A DNA stretch of 64,000 nt from Candidatus Omnitrophota bacterium (GCA_029560465.1 JAKQKX010000069.1:6447-70446), one strand, 5' to 3'. Positions 8,831 to 18,212 are shown, counted from the first letter of the stretch. Notes: a model not told the origin generated them from the letters alone. A program made the numbers and translations.

Positions 8831-11800
8831 GCAATACTTTTACTAAATTATCTAGGGATAAAATGAACGATACGGTTGCTGAATTGCTAGGCCCTCGTAT
8901 TGAAGCGACTTTAGACGGCCGTGGTCCGGGGCATTGTATGCGGGTGACAGACCTTGACGATGATGTAATGGAATCTGTCTGTAAAGAACTTCGTCGGACT
9001 TATACAGATGGAAACATCTTTATTCTGGGTGGTCATGATCACGAAGAACTCCCCTTTCGGATTACATCCACCAAGTTAGTCGAAATACGAAATCCTAGTG
9101 CTAACGGTGAGCTGCGAAAACCATTGCTTGTTTTTATTCCAAACTCACTTCGAACCAGCGCCGAGGATTCCTTTGGAGTGGCTACCTTTGAGGAACTTTC
9201 ATTTAATGGCATCTATAAGGAATTGGTCAAATCTCTCATTGATCGATTGCCTGCAACATTAGTTGGACCTATACATGATTTATTCGACTTATTAGCTGAA
9301 GAAGATTGGATATATGTAGATGATGTCGCAAGTGCTAGGTATTTGTTGACGGCTTTAGAGAATGGTATTGATGGTGAAACATTGGGAGCCAGCCTATACG
9401 AGTTAACTTTAATTCCGGATTTCAAACTCTTTGCTGATCCTGCGATGGTCAATGTAAAGATCCGAAGAAATCTTAGCAGTATCCGTGGTCTGATGACCTC
9501 ACATAAATCTGTGCGCGGACGTATTGTAGAACTGGGCTTAAGCGATAAGGATCTCGAAGCCCGTCTGTTTGCCTTTTTCCAGAAGAATGATATTCAGGAG
9601 CCCGACGGCTGGGCATCTATTATAGCTACCGATAAAAAGTGGTGGAATATTTCGTTTGATAAATGGTCTTTTCAGGAAGAGCTTTCTTTGGATAAGATCC
9701 ATTTGGCTGTTCTGGAAACGGATCTTCCGGTGGCGCAGGACGAGGAAAAGAATGGGCAGTTATCTGGGCTTACGGGACAGCAGATTTTGGTGCCCACTGA
9801 TCGACGAAAAATAAATGTTCTTTTTGAAGTCAATCCACACCCTAGCAAGGTCAACGGGTTAGATCATTTTACAATACAAATTGTCTCTCAAAATGACGGC
9901 CCTGTGGGGAAGTCAAAAAAAATCAAATCTTGGAAACCTGCTCGTCTTCAGTGTACGGTTAATCTAGCCAAACTCAATAAAATTGAATTTGAGGAGGGTT
10001 GGCATTTTATCAGAATTCTTCCTTGGACTGCCGATGGAGATCCAATCCCTTTGGAAACGGAATATAGTTCTGATTCATCCAGACGATCCCATGAGAGCGA
10101 ACCATTTTATGTTCTTCCAGGAGGTAGCTTGGAAGAAGATCCCCCACAAAGAGCAATACCAATTGACAAGAGTGTTGAACATGCACGCTTTAGGTTGCAG
10201 TTCACGGCACTTGGTGACGAGAGAGATCCTGATGATATAGCCATTTCTAGTTTATCATGGGCAGAAGCAGGGCGAACGAGAAGAACTTCACGTCAGGCTA
10301 CAGTGTTGGCTAAATTCGGACGAGAGGGAGCCATTCAAATTCCATTGTCACAAATGCTTAAAACAATCGAACAGCGAATTTTAGACAAGCCAAAACATCT
10401 TTCTGGATGGAGGATGCAAATCAATTTAGATGCCGCAGAAAACCCTTCGGAAATTGGTCTGATTTTCCCTCAATCTTCCGCAATGGCTTCATTCTTATCT
10501 GCTCGTGAGGATTTGTTTGCTTCTGTGCATCAAGATAAGTCCGAATTGATTATGCAAGGGTTTTCGTTCAGAGACCATGAAAAAAAGTGTCTAACATATG
10601 CCGAGGCCTACCTCGATTGGGTATGTAGCCTGATGCGACAGGCCGAAGCAGCTTCTGGAACTGAGCGGCAGAATCATCTTCAGGCTTTGCGCAATGTGCT
10701 AGCTGTAGATTCAATTCATGTGATCTTGACGGATTTCCGAGGCAGACATAGAGAGGCGGTATTGGTTTCTTCAACTCATCCTTTGCGTGTGTTATGGCTG
10801 TCAAGTTGGGTAAGTCTTGGTCAGGATTGGATTGATAAGATTAAGTCAGGAGGCAAAGATTATATTTCTTATGTGCGTACAGCTCTTTTGGATGGGTTGG
10901 TTCCTTCAGCTTACCCAGTGGGTATTCCAGTTGAAGATGGACGAATATTTACTCCGGTAGATAATCTGAATCCATTTTGGGCGCTTTACGCTCCTACCAC
11001 TGAAGAGAACTCCAGGGGGTTAATGGCCGAAATTTGTTCTGCGCTTGGGTTATCCGAGCCATCGGTTGCGGGATCAGATATTTCTGGAAAAGTGATAGCA
11101 GACAAAATTGAACGATACCTGTCCCAGCACCCCTATGTTCGTGAATTATCTCTGAACATTTTTAATCCTGGGGCGGGCTCAGTGATCGCAGACGCCTTAT
11201 TATCTCTGCAACAAAAACGAGAATACTCAGATTTACGCTATAACATTCGTCTTTTTACATCGGACCCTGATTCGCCAGTGTTGGGTGATGCTCTGGAGTC
11301 TATGCTTCGGCCAGGAACAACGGTTAACGAGGCAGCCGACGCTTTTGCAACATCTACAGGTAGCCATTTATTTTCGAAATTAAATTTAGCCAAACATTCA
11401 GTGTCGGATTTCCACACCAATGTTAAAGAATACTTCGCGCATATCAGTATTTTGCTTGATGTATTCCCTGCTGAGGAACTTGCTATCATCGAGAAGCCTT
11501 CGGGAATTATTCCACTGCATGGCTTAATACAAGATTTTGAAACCGAATTTGTGGATGATGACTCGGGTACCTACTGGAATAAACGGCCGATAGTTGGAAG
11601 AGTTTTAAATACTGATAGCCAGCTAGCCTGCTTTGATTTGCTTTCTTCCTTAAGTAGCGAATTGTGCTTGGCAACAGCCGCTGTTGCGGCATCAGGTGCA
11701 AGTTTTAAAGCGGTGCCTGTTGTAACCCTTGGATTGGATGTTGCGCAACGCGAACTAATATATGAAGTTCATAAAAGAAGCGACTGGGTCTTCACCATTG

Positions 11801-14277
11801 ATCGAAACATGGGAATAGAGTTTTTTGATCACGGAGGTCGAAAAAACAGACCAGACTATCTGATTGATTATGTGCCTGGATCCAGTTCACAGGCAACCCA
11901 CAACTTGATTATCTCTTCGAGATCTGTTGATGAGCTTGAAGCTATGTTGAAACCTATTCTCCAAAGCCATGGCATATCTGTTGACGGGGAGCAATCAATA
12001 CAGATTTTGTCTCATCTTCGTTCTCTTTCGGGTCAGCTTGCTTTGAAATTGATTTCCGCCCCTACACAACAGGCCGAAGCTCTTGGTTTGGCTTTGGCCA
12101 GATTATTCCTTGAGTATCAAGGAGCTTTGAGTAATCAGATTATTATTCCTTTGGATTCTCATACAAATCTGTACCGATCCGGCGGAGAAGAAGAAAATGT
12201 TGATGACGCTATCAGTCTACAACGTACAGATTTAGCACTGTTTGATTTGAATTTGGCAAAGAGGATCATTTCGTGCAATCTGGTGGAAGTGAAATGTTAT
12301 TCGCAAGTGGGCGATTTCTCGGCTTTTAATCAACTTAAAGAAAGAATTTCTGCGCAGATTAACCAGAGTGAACGTGTCCTCCAGAGACATTTTGATCCTG
12401 CATTGAGAAAGCCGGATCGACCTGACCGACTGCTTAAAAGCCGTGAGTTGGCACAAATTCTTCGTTTTTATCTTGAACGATCCTTGCGTTACAATATTTT
12501 TGATAAGATTGCATCGCAGGAAGCGCGTGTATTCCTCGAATCTATTGAACAGGGATATACCCTTCAATTCCGGCGTTGTGCATTAATTTTTGATTTTGAA
12601 AAGAATGGAACCGAGGAACCGGAAAATGAAGTTGGTATTGAATTTCATCGGATAGGTAAAGATTTAATACACGCTTTGTTGGATAACTGTCGCAGGCCGA
12701 CTGCAACAGGGGTTGAGGAAGAATCGTTTGCTATTCATTCACTCAGTGAGCAACTAATTGCAAAAGTACCCAAAATAGAAACTGCGGCTTTCATTGTGCC
12801 TAAACGGGAAAGATCGACATCGTGGACGATAGAAGAGCCTTTATATGATGCTAAGAAAAATGCCGATGATGACAGTATAAGTGACAAAACTAATAATGTC
12901 GCTTTGGGCGATCGGGCATTTTCTCCTACAGCTGGTGAGAAATTTTCAAGGCCTACTGTGATTGAGACCGGAATTGATGAAAAGAAAGTTGAAGATTACG
13001 AGCAAGGCTCCTCAGATGAGGCATCATTTTCCGAGAATGAAAAGGTTTCAGAACCAAGAATGATAGACGAGCCCGAGCAAATTCTCAATTACGACATAAT
13101 GATTGGTGTTAATGGAAGATCGCCACAATATGGTTTACTGGGTGAGGTGTCTGGAAGAAAGATTGCCTTGGATTTGAACCATACTCATACAATTAGCCTT
13201 TTTGGGGTTCAAGGCGGTGGTAAGAGTTATACATTAGGTACAGTGGTTGAGATGGCTTCGATGGCAATAGAAAATATTAATATCCTTCCAAGTCCGCTCT
13301 CCGCCGTAATCTTTCACTACAGTCCGACACAGGATTATGCGCCTGAATTTACATCTATGACTCGACCGAATTCAGTTTTGGAGGAAGTAGAGATCCTCCG
13401 AGAGCGTTATAAGGCGCGGCCAGAGGCATTGCGAGATGTTTTGATACTTACGCCCTTAAATAAGGTTGCGGCCCGAAAGGCAGAATATCCAGAAATCGAA
13501 GTGCGACCAATTGCTTTCTCAGCTTCTGAATTAAAAGCCGCTCACTGGAAATTTTTAATGGGGGCAATTGGCAGCCAAAGCATGTATATGCGGCAAATCA
13601 ACCTTATAATGCGGACTCTTCGAGAAAGTTTAACGTTAAATAATATACGCAATGGAATAGAGAATTCCAACTTGACCGACCATTTGAAAGAATTGGCTAG
13701 AACCCGGTTGCTTTTCGCGAGCGAATACATTGATGACAATCAGCGACTCCAGGATTTGATTCATCCTGGACGATTAATTATTGTGGATTTGCGAGATGAA
13801 TATATTGAGAAAGATGAGGCCCTAGGTTTGTTCGTAGTTATGCTGCAAATTTTTTCTGAGGCTACCTATTGTGGTAAAACTTTTAATAAATTAGTGGTTT
13901 TTGACGAGGCCCATAAATACATTGAGAATGCTGACCTGATTTCCGGTTTGGTTGAGGTTGTGCGTGAAATGAGACATAAAGGAACCAGCATTTTAGTGGC
14001 ATCTCAAGATCCTCCTTCAGTTCCTGTGGCGCTAATTGAGCTGTCATCCCAGATCATCTTGCATAAATTTAATTCACCAGCTTGGCTGAAGCATATACAG
14101 AAGGCCAATGCTGCATTAGGTGGGTTAACGTCCGCAAAAATGAGTCACCTAAGTGCAGGGGAAGCATATATTTGGTCAAGTAAGGCATCGGATGAATCAT
14201 TTACTAAAGGTGCTGTAAAAGTAAAATGTCGGCCAAGGATAACACAACATGGTGGTTATACGAAAACGGCATTATAA
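8827..14277 (+). CDS. Large protein (1816 aa): about 1400-aa N-terminal region of unknown function plus a C-terminal HerA/FtsK-superfamily (DUF87-like) ATPase
   Basis: Walker A context LDLNHTHTISLFGVQGGGKSYTLG (nt about 13180-13240). Walker B is KLVVFDEAHKYIE (nt about 13893-13925). Sensor-like ILVASQDPPSVP. Start overlaps the upstream stop (ATGA). Confidence 0.8.
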   Translation: MSNTFTKLSRDKMNDTVAELLGPRIEATLDGRGPGHCMRVTDLDDDVMESVCKELRRTYTDGNIFILGGHDHEELPFRITSTKLVEIRNPSANGELRKPLLVFIPNSLRTSAEDSFGVATFEELSFNGIYKELVKSLIDRLPATLVGPIHDLFDLLAEEDWIYVDDVASARYLLTALENGIDGETLGASLYELTLIPDFKLFADPAMVNVKIRRNLSSIRGLMTSHKSVRGRIVELGLSDKDLEARLFAFFQKNDIQEPDGWASIIATDKKWWNISFDKWSFQEELSLDKIHLAVLETDLPVAQDEEKNGQLSGLTGQQILVPTDRRKINVLFEVNPHPSKVNGLDHFTIQIVSQNDGPVGKSKKIKSWKPARLQCTVNLAKLNKIEFEEGWHFIRILPWTADGDPIPLETEYSSDSSRRSHESEPFYVLPGGSLEEDPPQRAIPIDKSVEHARFRLQFTALGDERDPDDIAISSLSWAEAGRTRRTSRQATVLAKFGREGAIQIPLSQMLKTIEQRILDKPKHLSGWRMQINLDAAENPSEIGLIFPQSSAMASFLSAREDLFASVHQDKSELIMQGFSFRDHEKKCLTYAEAYLDWVCSLMRQAEAASGTERQNHLQALRNVLAVDSIHVILTDFRGRHREAVLVSSTHPLRVLWLSSWVSLGQDWIDKIKSGGKDYISYVRTALLDGLVPSAYPVGIPVEDGRIFTPVDNLNPFWALYAPTTEENSRGLMAEICSALGLSEPSVAGSDISGKVIADKIERYLSQHPYVRELSLNIFNPGAGSVIADALLSLQQKREYSDLRYNIRLFTSDPDSPVLGDALESMLRPGTTVNEAADAFATSTGSHLFSKLNLAKHSVSDFHTNVKEYFAHISILLDVFPAEELAIIEKPSGIIPLHGLIQDFETEFVDDDSGTYWNKRPIVGRVLNTDSQLACFDLLSSLSSELCLATAAVAASGASFKAVPVVTLGLDVAQRELIYEVHKRSDWVFTIDRNMGIEFFDHGGRKNRPDYLIDYVPGSSSQATHNLIISSRSVDELEAMLKPILQSHGISVDGEQSIQILSHLRSLSGQLALKLISAPTQQAEALGLALARLFLEYQGALSNQIIIPLDSHTNLYRSGGEEENVDDAISLQRTDLALFDLNLAKRIISCNLVEVKCYSQVGDFSAFNQLKERISAQINQSERVLQRHFDPALRKPDRPDRLLKSRELAQILRFYLERSLRYNIFDKIASQEARVFLESIEQGYTLQFRRCALIFDFEKNGTEEPENEVGIEFHRIGKDLIHALLDNCRRPTATGVEEESFAIHSLSEQLIAKVPKIETAAFIVPKRERSTSWTIEEPLYDAKKNADDDSISDKTNNVALGDRAFSPTAGEKFSRPTVIETGIDEKKVEDYEQGSSDEASFSENEKVSEPRMIDEPEQILNYDIMIGVNGRSPQYGLLGEVSGRKIALDLNHTHTISLFGVQGGGKSYTLGTVVEMASMAIENINILPSPLSAVIFHYSPTQDYAPEFTSMTRPNSVLEEVEILRERYKARPEALRDVLILTPLNKVAARKAEYPEIEVRPIAFSASELKAAHWKFLMGAIGSQSMYMRQINLIMRTLRESLTLNNIRNGIENSNLTDHLKELARTRLLFASEYIDDNQRLQDLIHPGRLIIVDLRDEYIEKDEALGLFVVMLQIFSEATYCGKTFNKLVVFDEAHKYIENADLISGLVEVVREMRHKGTSILVASQDPPSVPVALIELSSQIILHKFNSPAWLKHIQKANAALGGLTSAKMSHLSAGEAYIWSSKASDESFTKGAVKVKCRPRITQHGGYTKTAL

Positions 14278-14375
14278 ATCAGCAGACAGCAAAGCGATGA
14301 TTCTTCTGAAAATATTTAGCTGATCTTAAAAGAATGGAATTACCAGTTGGGCGAATTACCAGTTGCTAGAAATAA

Positions 14376-14404
14376 TTGACATATCCAAAAACTGGGCGTA
14401 TATT
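14376..14404 (+). promoter_or_regulatory. Sigma70-like promoter (TTGACA-N17-TATATT), preceded by a direct repeat GAATTACCAGTTG x2
   Basis: TTGACA at 14376-14381, 17-nt spacer, TATATT at 14399-14404. The tandem 13-nt repeat at about 14337-14368 could be an operator. Confidence 0.35.
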
Positions 14405-14454
14405 AATAAATAATATTCAGTGGTGCGTTTGAAGGGGGAATCCTCCACTTTAAA

Positions 14455-14496
14455 AAAGTCAAACCTTTGCTCGATTGGGCAGAGGTTTTTATTTTA
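14455..14496. terminator. Rho-independent, possibly bidirectional terminator for the operon
   Basis: Stem AAACCTTTGC / GCAGAGGTTT (10 bp, one G-U pair) with an 8-nt loop. An A-run lies before it and TTTTTATTTTAT after it. Confidence 0.5.
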
Positions 14497-14530
14497 TCGG
14501 AATAAATTTTAGAATTGGAGGGAAATCATA

Positions 14531-14704
14531 ATGCAGAACCGAACACTTACTGGCACGATTGCGTATTGGACAATGTTTTTCTTAACCCGGATTATTATGT
14601 TCCTGCTGGCGTGGAGTATCGTGCTGATTGTCCGGGCTTTCCGGTTTATTTTCCGGATCCCCGTGAAAGAAAAGGCGCCCATTGGGTTCCACGTGGTCAG
14701 ATGA
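14531..14704 (+). CDS. Small hydrophobic membrane protein (57 aa), absent from the ORF track because it is under 60 aa
   Basis: ATG at 14531 with GGAGGG 9 nt upstream. Translation is MQNRTLTGTIAYWTMFFLTRIIMFLLAWSIVLIVRAFRFIFRIPVKEKAPIGFHVVR. One or two predicted TM helices. Confidence 0.3.
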   Translation: MQNRTLTGTIAYWTMFFLTRIIMFLLAWSIVLIVRAFRFIFRIPVKEKAPIGFHVVR

Positions 14705-15039
14705 AGGGCGTTTATGTCAGCAATGGATAGAAAATCTGTGCTTTTGGCTATAAATAATGGCTTAAAGTACTTTCCTGCCATCTGCCTCCTGCTCGGCTTG
14801 AGTCTAATGCTGTTTCCCGCGAATTTTAACAAGGTGCTGTATAATCCTAACGACCAGTCTTACCGAATGGTTAAAATCAATTATTCGCGGGATACGCGGA
14901 TTGTCAATTGGCGTATTATCGGGCTTATATTTATCGGAAGCAGTTTTTGTCATTTCAAAAACGGCCGCAAAGGCCTCTCCTGATTTTTTCACTTTTCTTC
15001 CTTAGAAGTCTGAATCCCACCGGTTTTTCGAGCGAAATC

Positions 15040-15180
15040 CTTTCTTGATTCTTGTCTTTTGATTCTACCACATGGTCAAGGACGTCGTCCCGGCAAGCGT
15101 GACTCGCAAGTGGCTCTGTGAGCCATCCTTGACTTTCATGTGGCCTTTCTTGAATCAAAAAGAATCAAGAAAGGAGCCGT
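15040..15180 (+). promoter_or_regulatory. Long nested inverted-repeat structure in the 5' leader of the 15184 ORF; the 3' arm overlaps the RBS
   Basis: CCTTTCTTGATTC (15040-15052) is the exact reverse complement of GAATCAAGAAAGG (15163-15175). That sequence is the 3' half of the local near-palindrome TTTCTTGAATC-AAAAA-GAATCAAGAAA and overlaps the AAAGGAG RBS. An inner inverted repeat is CCACATGGTCAAGGA ... TCCTTGAC..CATGTGG. Confidence 0.45.
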
Positions 15181-15183
15181 GCG

Positions 15184-15414
15184 ATGGACAAGTCAGACAA
15201 ACTTTATTTGGCGATCAATATCAATGATTACAGAGATTATTTCAGGAGAGGCGAGACCAGTGAGCCGAAGGTTTCATTTCAGCTTATTAAAGCAAAGAAT
15301 ATTAAAAGTGCGAAAGAAATCGTTCGGAAGGATCATCCCGGAAGCACATGGGGTGTGGTTCCGGTCGGGCAGATAGAGAAACACATGGTTTTTGAAAGGA
15401 GCACCAAGGCTTAA
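15184..15414 (+). CDS. Small hypothetical protein (76 aa)
   Basis: ATG 7 nt after the AAAGGAG RBS. No recognisable motif. Confidence 0.45.
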   Translation: MDKSDKLYLAININDYRDYFRRGETSEPKVSFQLIKAKNIKSAKEIVRKDHPGSTWGVVPVGQIEKHMVFERSTKA

Positions 15415-15898
15415 TGTTTTCTCTTAATTTTGAGTCGATTATTTCTCGTCGATGAATTGATCCGATGGAACATTTTGGTATTAAAATGCCGGGAGATATG
15501 ATAAAATATATATAAATTCACAGAAGATATCCAGCCGCTATCATAGCTGGCAAACGAAAAGAGGCTTATTAAAAAGAACTCTTTTCCTTTCCTCAAAACT
15601 ACATCCCGTAATTTTAGTCGGTTTTATTTCTCTGCCTTTAAGTTTCCTCTTGATATTTCTTCCAGTTCGGCAAGTAAGAATATTTTTAAAAAAGTTCTAA
15701 AAACGCCCACCTTTCTAATATTCATATTTAGGAACGGTGGATTTTATGGTCAAAATCATCAGATCAGCCAAAATAATCCAAAAAACAATCTTGCGCCGCG
15801 CCATAGGACTATTGTCATGTCTTGTGGATGGCGCGGTTGTTTGATGTTTGGGCTGAGCGCTGGTCTGCTAACCGACATTATTAGGGGAGGAGATCATT

Positions 15899-16855
15899 AT
15901 GGATGAAGACTTTAAGTCACCAGATGAAGGTTTTGAGTCACCAGATGAAGATTTTGAGTCACCACAAGAGGCTCTTAACGCTGTCCTGAAAACTAGCGAT
16001 GGGCAAGCCCTGATATGTTATTGTGAGCGATTTGCAAGAGGCCTTATGGCGCAGCGTTATTGGAAAGGAACTCGTGGGGGCATCCCTCCGGGAGGATATG
16101 GGCCGGAAGATATCGTTGAAATTGTGATTATTAAAACGTTAAATGAAACAATCAATTGCAACCAGAAGATTAAACTAAAAACATTCCTTTGCATGAATAT
16201 CAGATCGGTTGTCTCGGCTATGTCACGGTCAAAGGAAAATAGATGTGTGCGCTCTGAGCAGTATTTTGAATCCACCTTTCGCAGTTATAACAATGCCTTT
16301 GACCTGATAGTTTCTCTGGGGTTGAGTGAGGGTAACGGTTTAAGTTTTGAGATTGACGAAAAAGAGGTGAAAGAAATATTGATGGAGTATTTAAAAACTG
16401 TTCAAAACGACATAATGCTTTCGAAGGTAGGAAAAATTCTTATTTTGGGCAGAGTTGTGTTTCCGGAATGTTTTTGTCATATTGTGGACGATGTTGATGG
16501 TTTGGCGCGCAATTTGGTTCGCTATGGTTATATAGACGATGACGGTATGGTTCAGGACAGTTTCTTTAGTTTGAAATGTTATTCGGAGATGCGGCTTTAT
16601 AAAAGATTTTCTGTGGTTAAGGATCAAATTTATTGCGTTATTTCTCGATCCATAGATCCTGATTTGGAGATGCCCGTTGTCATGGCGCAATGGCTTAACG
16701 TGGACGCCTGTAGAGCGTATTACTTTAGGGAGAAGTTGAGAGAATCATTGCTGAAATATTTAAGAAGGTTTAACAAGGAGGAATTGGCATGGATAATTCG
16801 TATACTAAAAAGCCGTCAGAGGGATTGCATGCTTTGTTCAATTTTGCCGGAATAA
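15899..16855 (+). CDS. Hypothetical protein with an acidic N-terminal repeat (SPDE(D/G)FE x3); weak resemblance to sigma-70 region 2
   Basis: 318-aa ORF with GGGGAGG upstream. The segment PEDIVEIVIIKTLN...FLCMNIRSVVSAMSRSK is reminiscent of sigma region 2.1-2.2 but not convincing. Confidence 0.45.
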   Translation: MDEDFKSPDEGFESPDEDFESPQEALNAVLKTSDGQALICYCERFARGLMAQRYWKGTRGGIPPGGYGPEDIVEIVIIKTLNETINCNQKIKLKTFLCMNIRSVVSAMSRSKENRCVRSEQYFESTFRSYNNAFDLIVSLGLSEGNGLSFEIDEKEVKEILMEYLKTVQNDIMLSKVGKILILGRVVFPECFCHIVDDVDGLARNLVRYGYIDDDGMVQDSFFSLKCYSEMRLYKRFSVVKDQIYCVISRSIDPDLEMPVVMAQWLNVDACRAYYFREKLRESLLKYLRRFNKEELAWIIRILKSRQRDCMLCSILPE

Positions 16856-18042
16856 AAGAAGAAGATATCGCTAAATGCCATGAAGATAGGGTTGGCAGCC
16901 TCACTGTGACCAACGAGCAGGAAGCCCTATCCGATGTCGGGCGCTTTATTCGTCATAACTTTGATGTCATTGCCAAGAAGTCCGATCTTAAAGACAGCGG
17001 TCTTTTCGATAAAATCGATGGTTTCTTGAAAGAAAAAGACTCTTTCCAGAATGAGAAAGCCTGGCTGTTAATGAAAGGTATGCTGGATTCATGGCCGGAT
17101 GCGATTTATTTCAAAAACAGGCTGGGTGAGCTTATCTTGGTCAATGAGGCTCATGCCAGAGGGATGCGAAACAAATTTATTGATGTCATCGGTAAAACAG
17201 ATTGGGATTTATTTCCGCCTAAAGAAGCTAAAGCAATGGCTGAGGACGATGAATGGGTGATGTCATCCGGCAAGATGATTATAGACAAGTTGGAGTACAT
17301 TACTTTTGCCGACGGCACAAAACATTATGTGTCAACAACCAAGGTTCCCCGCTGGGATGAAAATGGCAATGTTGTAGGGCTTATGGGGATAACCCGGGAT
17401 GTCACGAGCAGGGTTAATTTATATGAGATGCTTTTTGCTACTTATCAGGGCTGTATTTTTATTACAACAAAAGAGGGCAAGTGGGTTGATATCAATGAAG
17501 AGGGAGCCAAGTTTTTTGGTTATACGGGTAAGAAAGAGTTTATTGACCAGACATCTGTCCGCGATATTTACTATTATCCGGGAGACAGGCAAAAATATAT
17601 GCGGATCATGCAGGAACACAAGAGTGTTAAGAATTATGAAATTAAATTGAAAAAGAAGGACGGCACGTCTATTGATGTGCAAATTACGGCGTCGGCTAGA
17701 TTTGACCAGAACGGCAAGGTTCAAGGGTATCATGGGACCATCCGGGACGTGACGGAGGAAATGAAAGCGCAACTGGAATGGAAGAATAAGGTGAGTGATT
17801 TGACCAAGCGGATCAACTCTATGACCAGTCTTATCCTCAAAGCGATAACGAATAGTCTGAAGGTTCTTTGTGGCGGGCTGGAGGGCGAGACGACAACTGC
17901 GATTAACAATATGACTGGTAAGGAAAAAGAGTTTTTTCCTCTGTTTATTCTGGGTAAGTCGGATCAGGAAATCGCTGCATTGACGAATTGCCCTGAAGAA
18001 ACCGTTGCCAGACACCGTTATGAGATTTATAAAAAAGGCTGA
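16789..18042 (+). CDS. PAS-PAS-LuxR/GerE-type HTH transcriptional regulator
   Basis: Two PAS-like blocks (AIYFKNRLGELILVNEAH...GLMGITRDVTSR and CIFITTKEGKWVDINEEG...GYHGTIRDVTEE). C-terminal LuxR-type HTH GKSDQEIAALTNCPEETVARHRYEIYKK. The start is uncertain because of a 66-nt overlap with the upstream ORF. Confidence 0.65.
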   Translation: MDNSYTKKPSEGLHALFNFAGIKEEDIAKCHEDRVGSLTVTNEQEALSDVGRFIRHNFDVIAKKSDLKDSGLFDKIDGFLKEKDSFQNEKAWLLMKGMLDSWPDAIYFKNRLGELILVNEAHARGMRNKFIDVIGKTDWDLFPPKEAKAMAEDDEWVMSSGKMIIDKLEYITFADGTKHYVSTTKVPRWDENGNVVGLMGITRDVTSRVNLYEMLFATYQGCIFITTKEGKWVDINEEGAKFFGYTGKKEFIDQTSVRDIYYYPGDRQKYMRIMQEHKSVKNYEIKLKKKDGTSIDVQITASARFDQNGKVQGYHGTIRDVTEEMKAQLEWKNKVSDLTKRINSMTSLILKAITNSLKVLCGGLEGETTTAINNMTGKEKEFFPLFILGKSDQEIAALTNCPEETVARHRYEIYKKG

Positions 18043-18180
18043 TCTTGCCAATTTCGAAGAATGTTTACTTTGGTCAGAAAAAAGCGGGTTCAGCCTATTG
18101 ATAAAATGGTTGATCTTTTTTATGATACCGGATGGGACTACTTTAAAGTGGTTTTGTCCGGTTGGTCGCCGGACGTAGTG

Positions 18181-18212
18181 GGGGAGCATCGCAAGCACGT
18201 GCTCCCCTTTTT
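18181..18212 (+). terminator. Rho-independent terminator
   Basis: GGGGAGCA-loop-TGCTCCCC followed by TTTTTG. Confidence 0.5.

Noticed and set aside
14515-14983. Track ORFs 14515-14730 and 14714-14983 (+)
   Set aside because: The first starts at a non-ATG codon and is out of frame with the well-placed RBS. I replaced it with the 57-aa ORF at 14531-14704, which has GGAGGG upstream. The second is a possible small membrane protein, ATG at about 14726, but lacks a convincing RBS, so I left it uncalled.
15899-16855. Calling the 318-aa protein an ECF sigma factor
   Set aside because: The resemblance to sigma region 2 is limited to one short stretch. No region 4 HTH is recognisable, and the length is atypical. 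I left it as hypothetical.
17419-18198. 259-aa minus-strand ORF antisense to the PAS-LuxR gene
   Set aside because: It overlaps a gene with clear PAS and HTH motifs on the + strand. Its translation is repetitive and Leu/Arg/Phe-rich with no motif. A shadow ORF.
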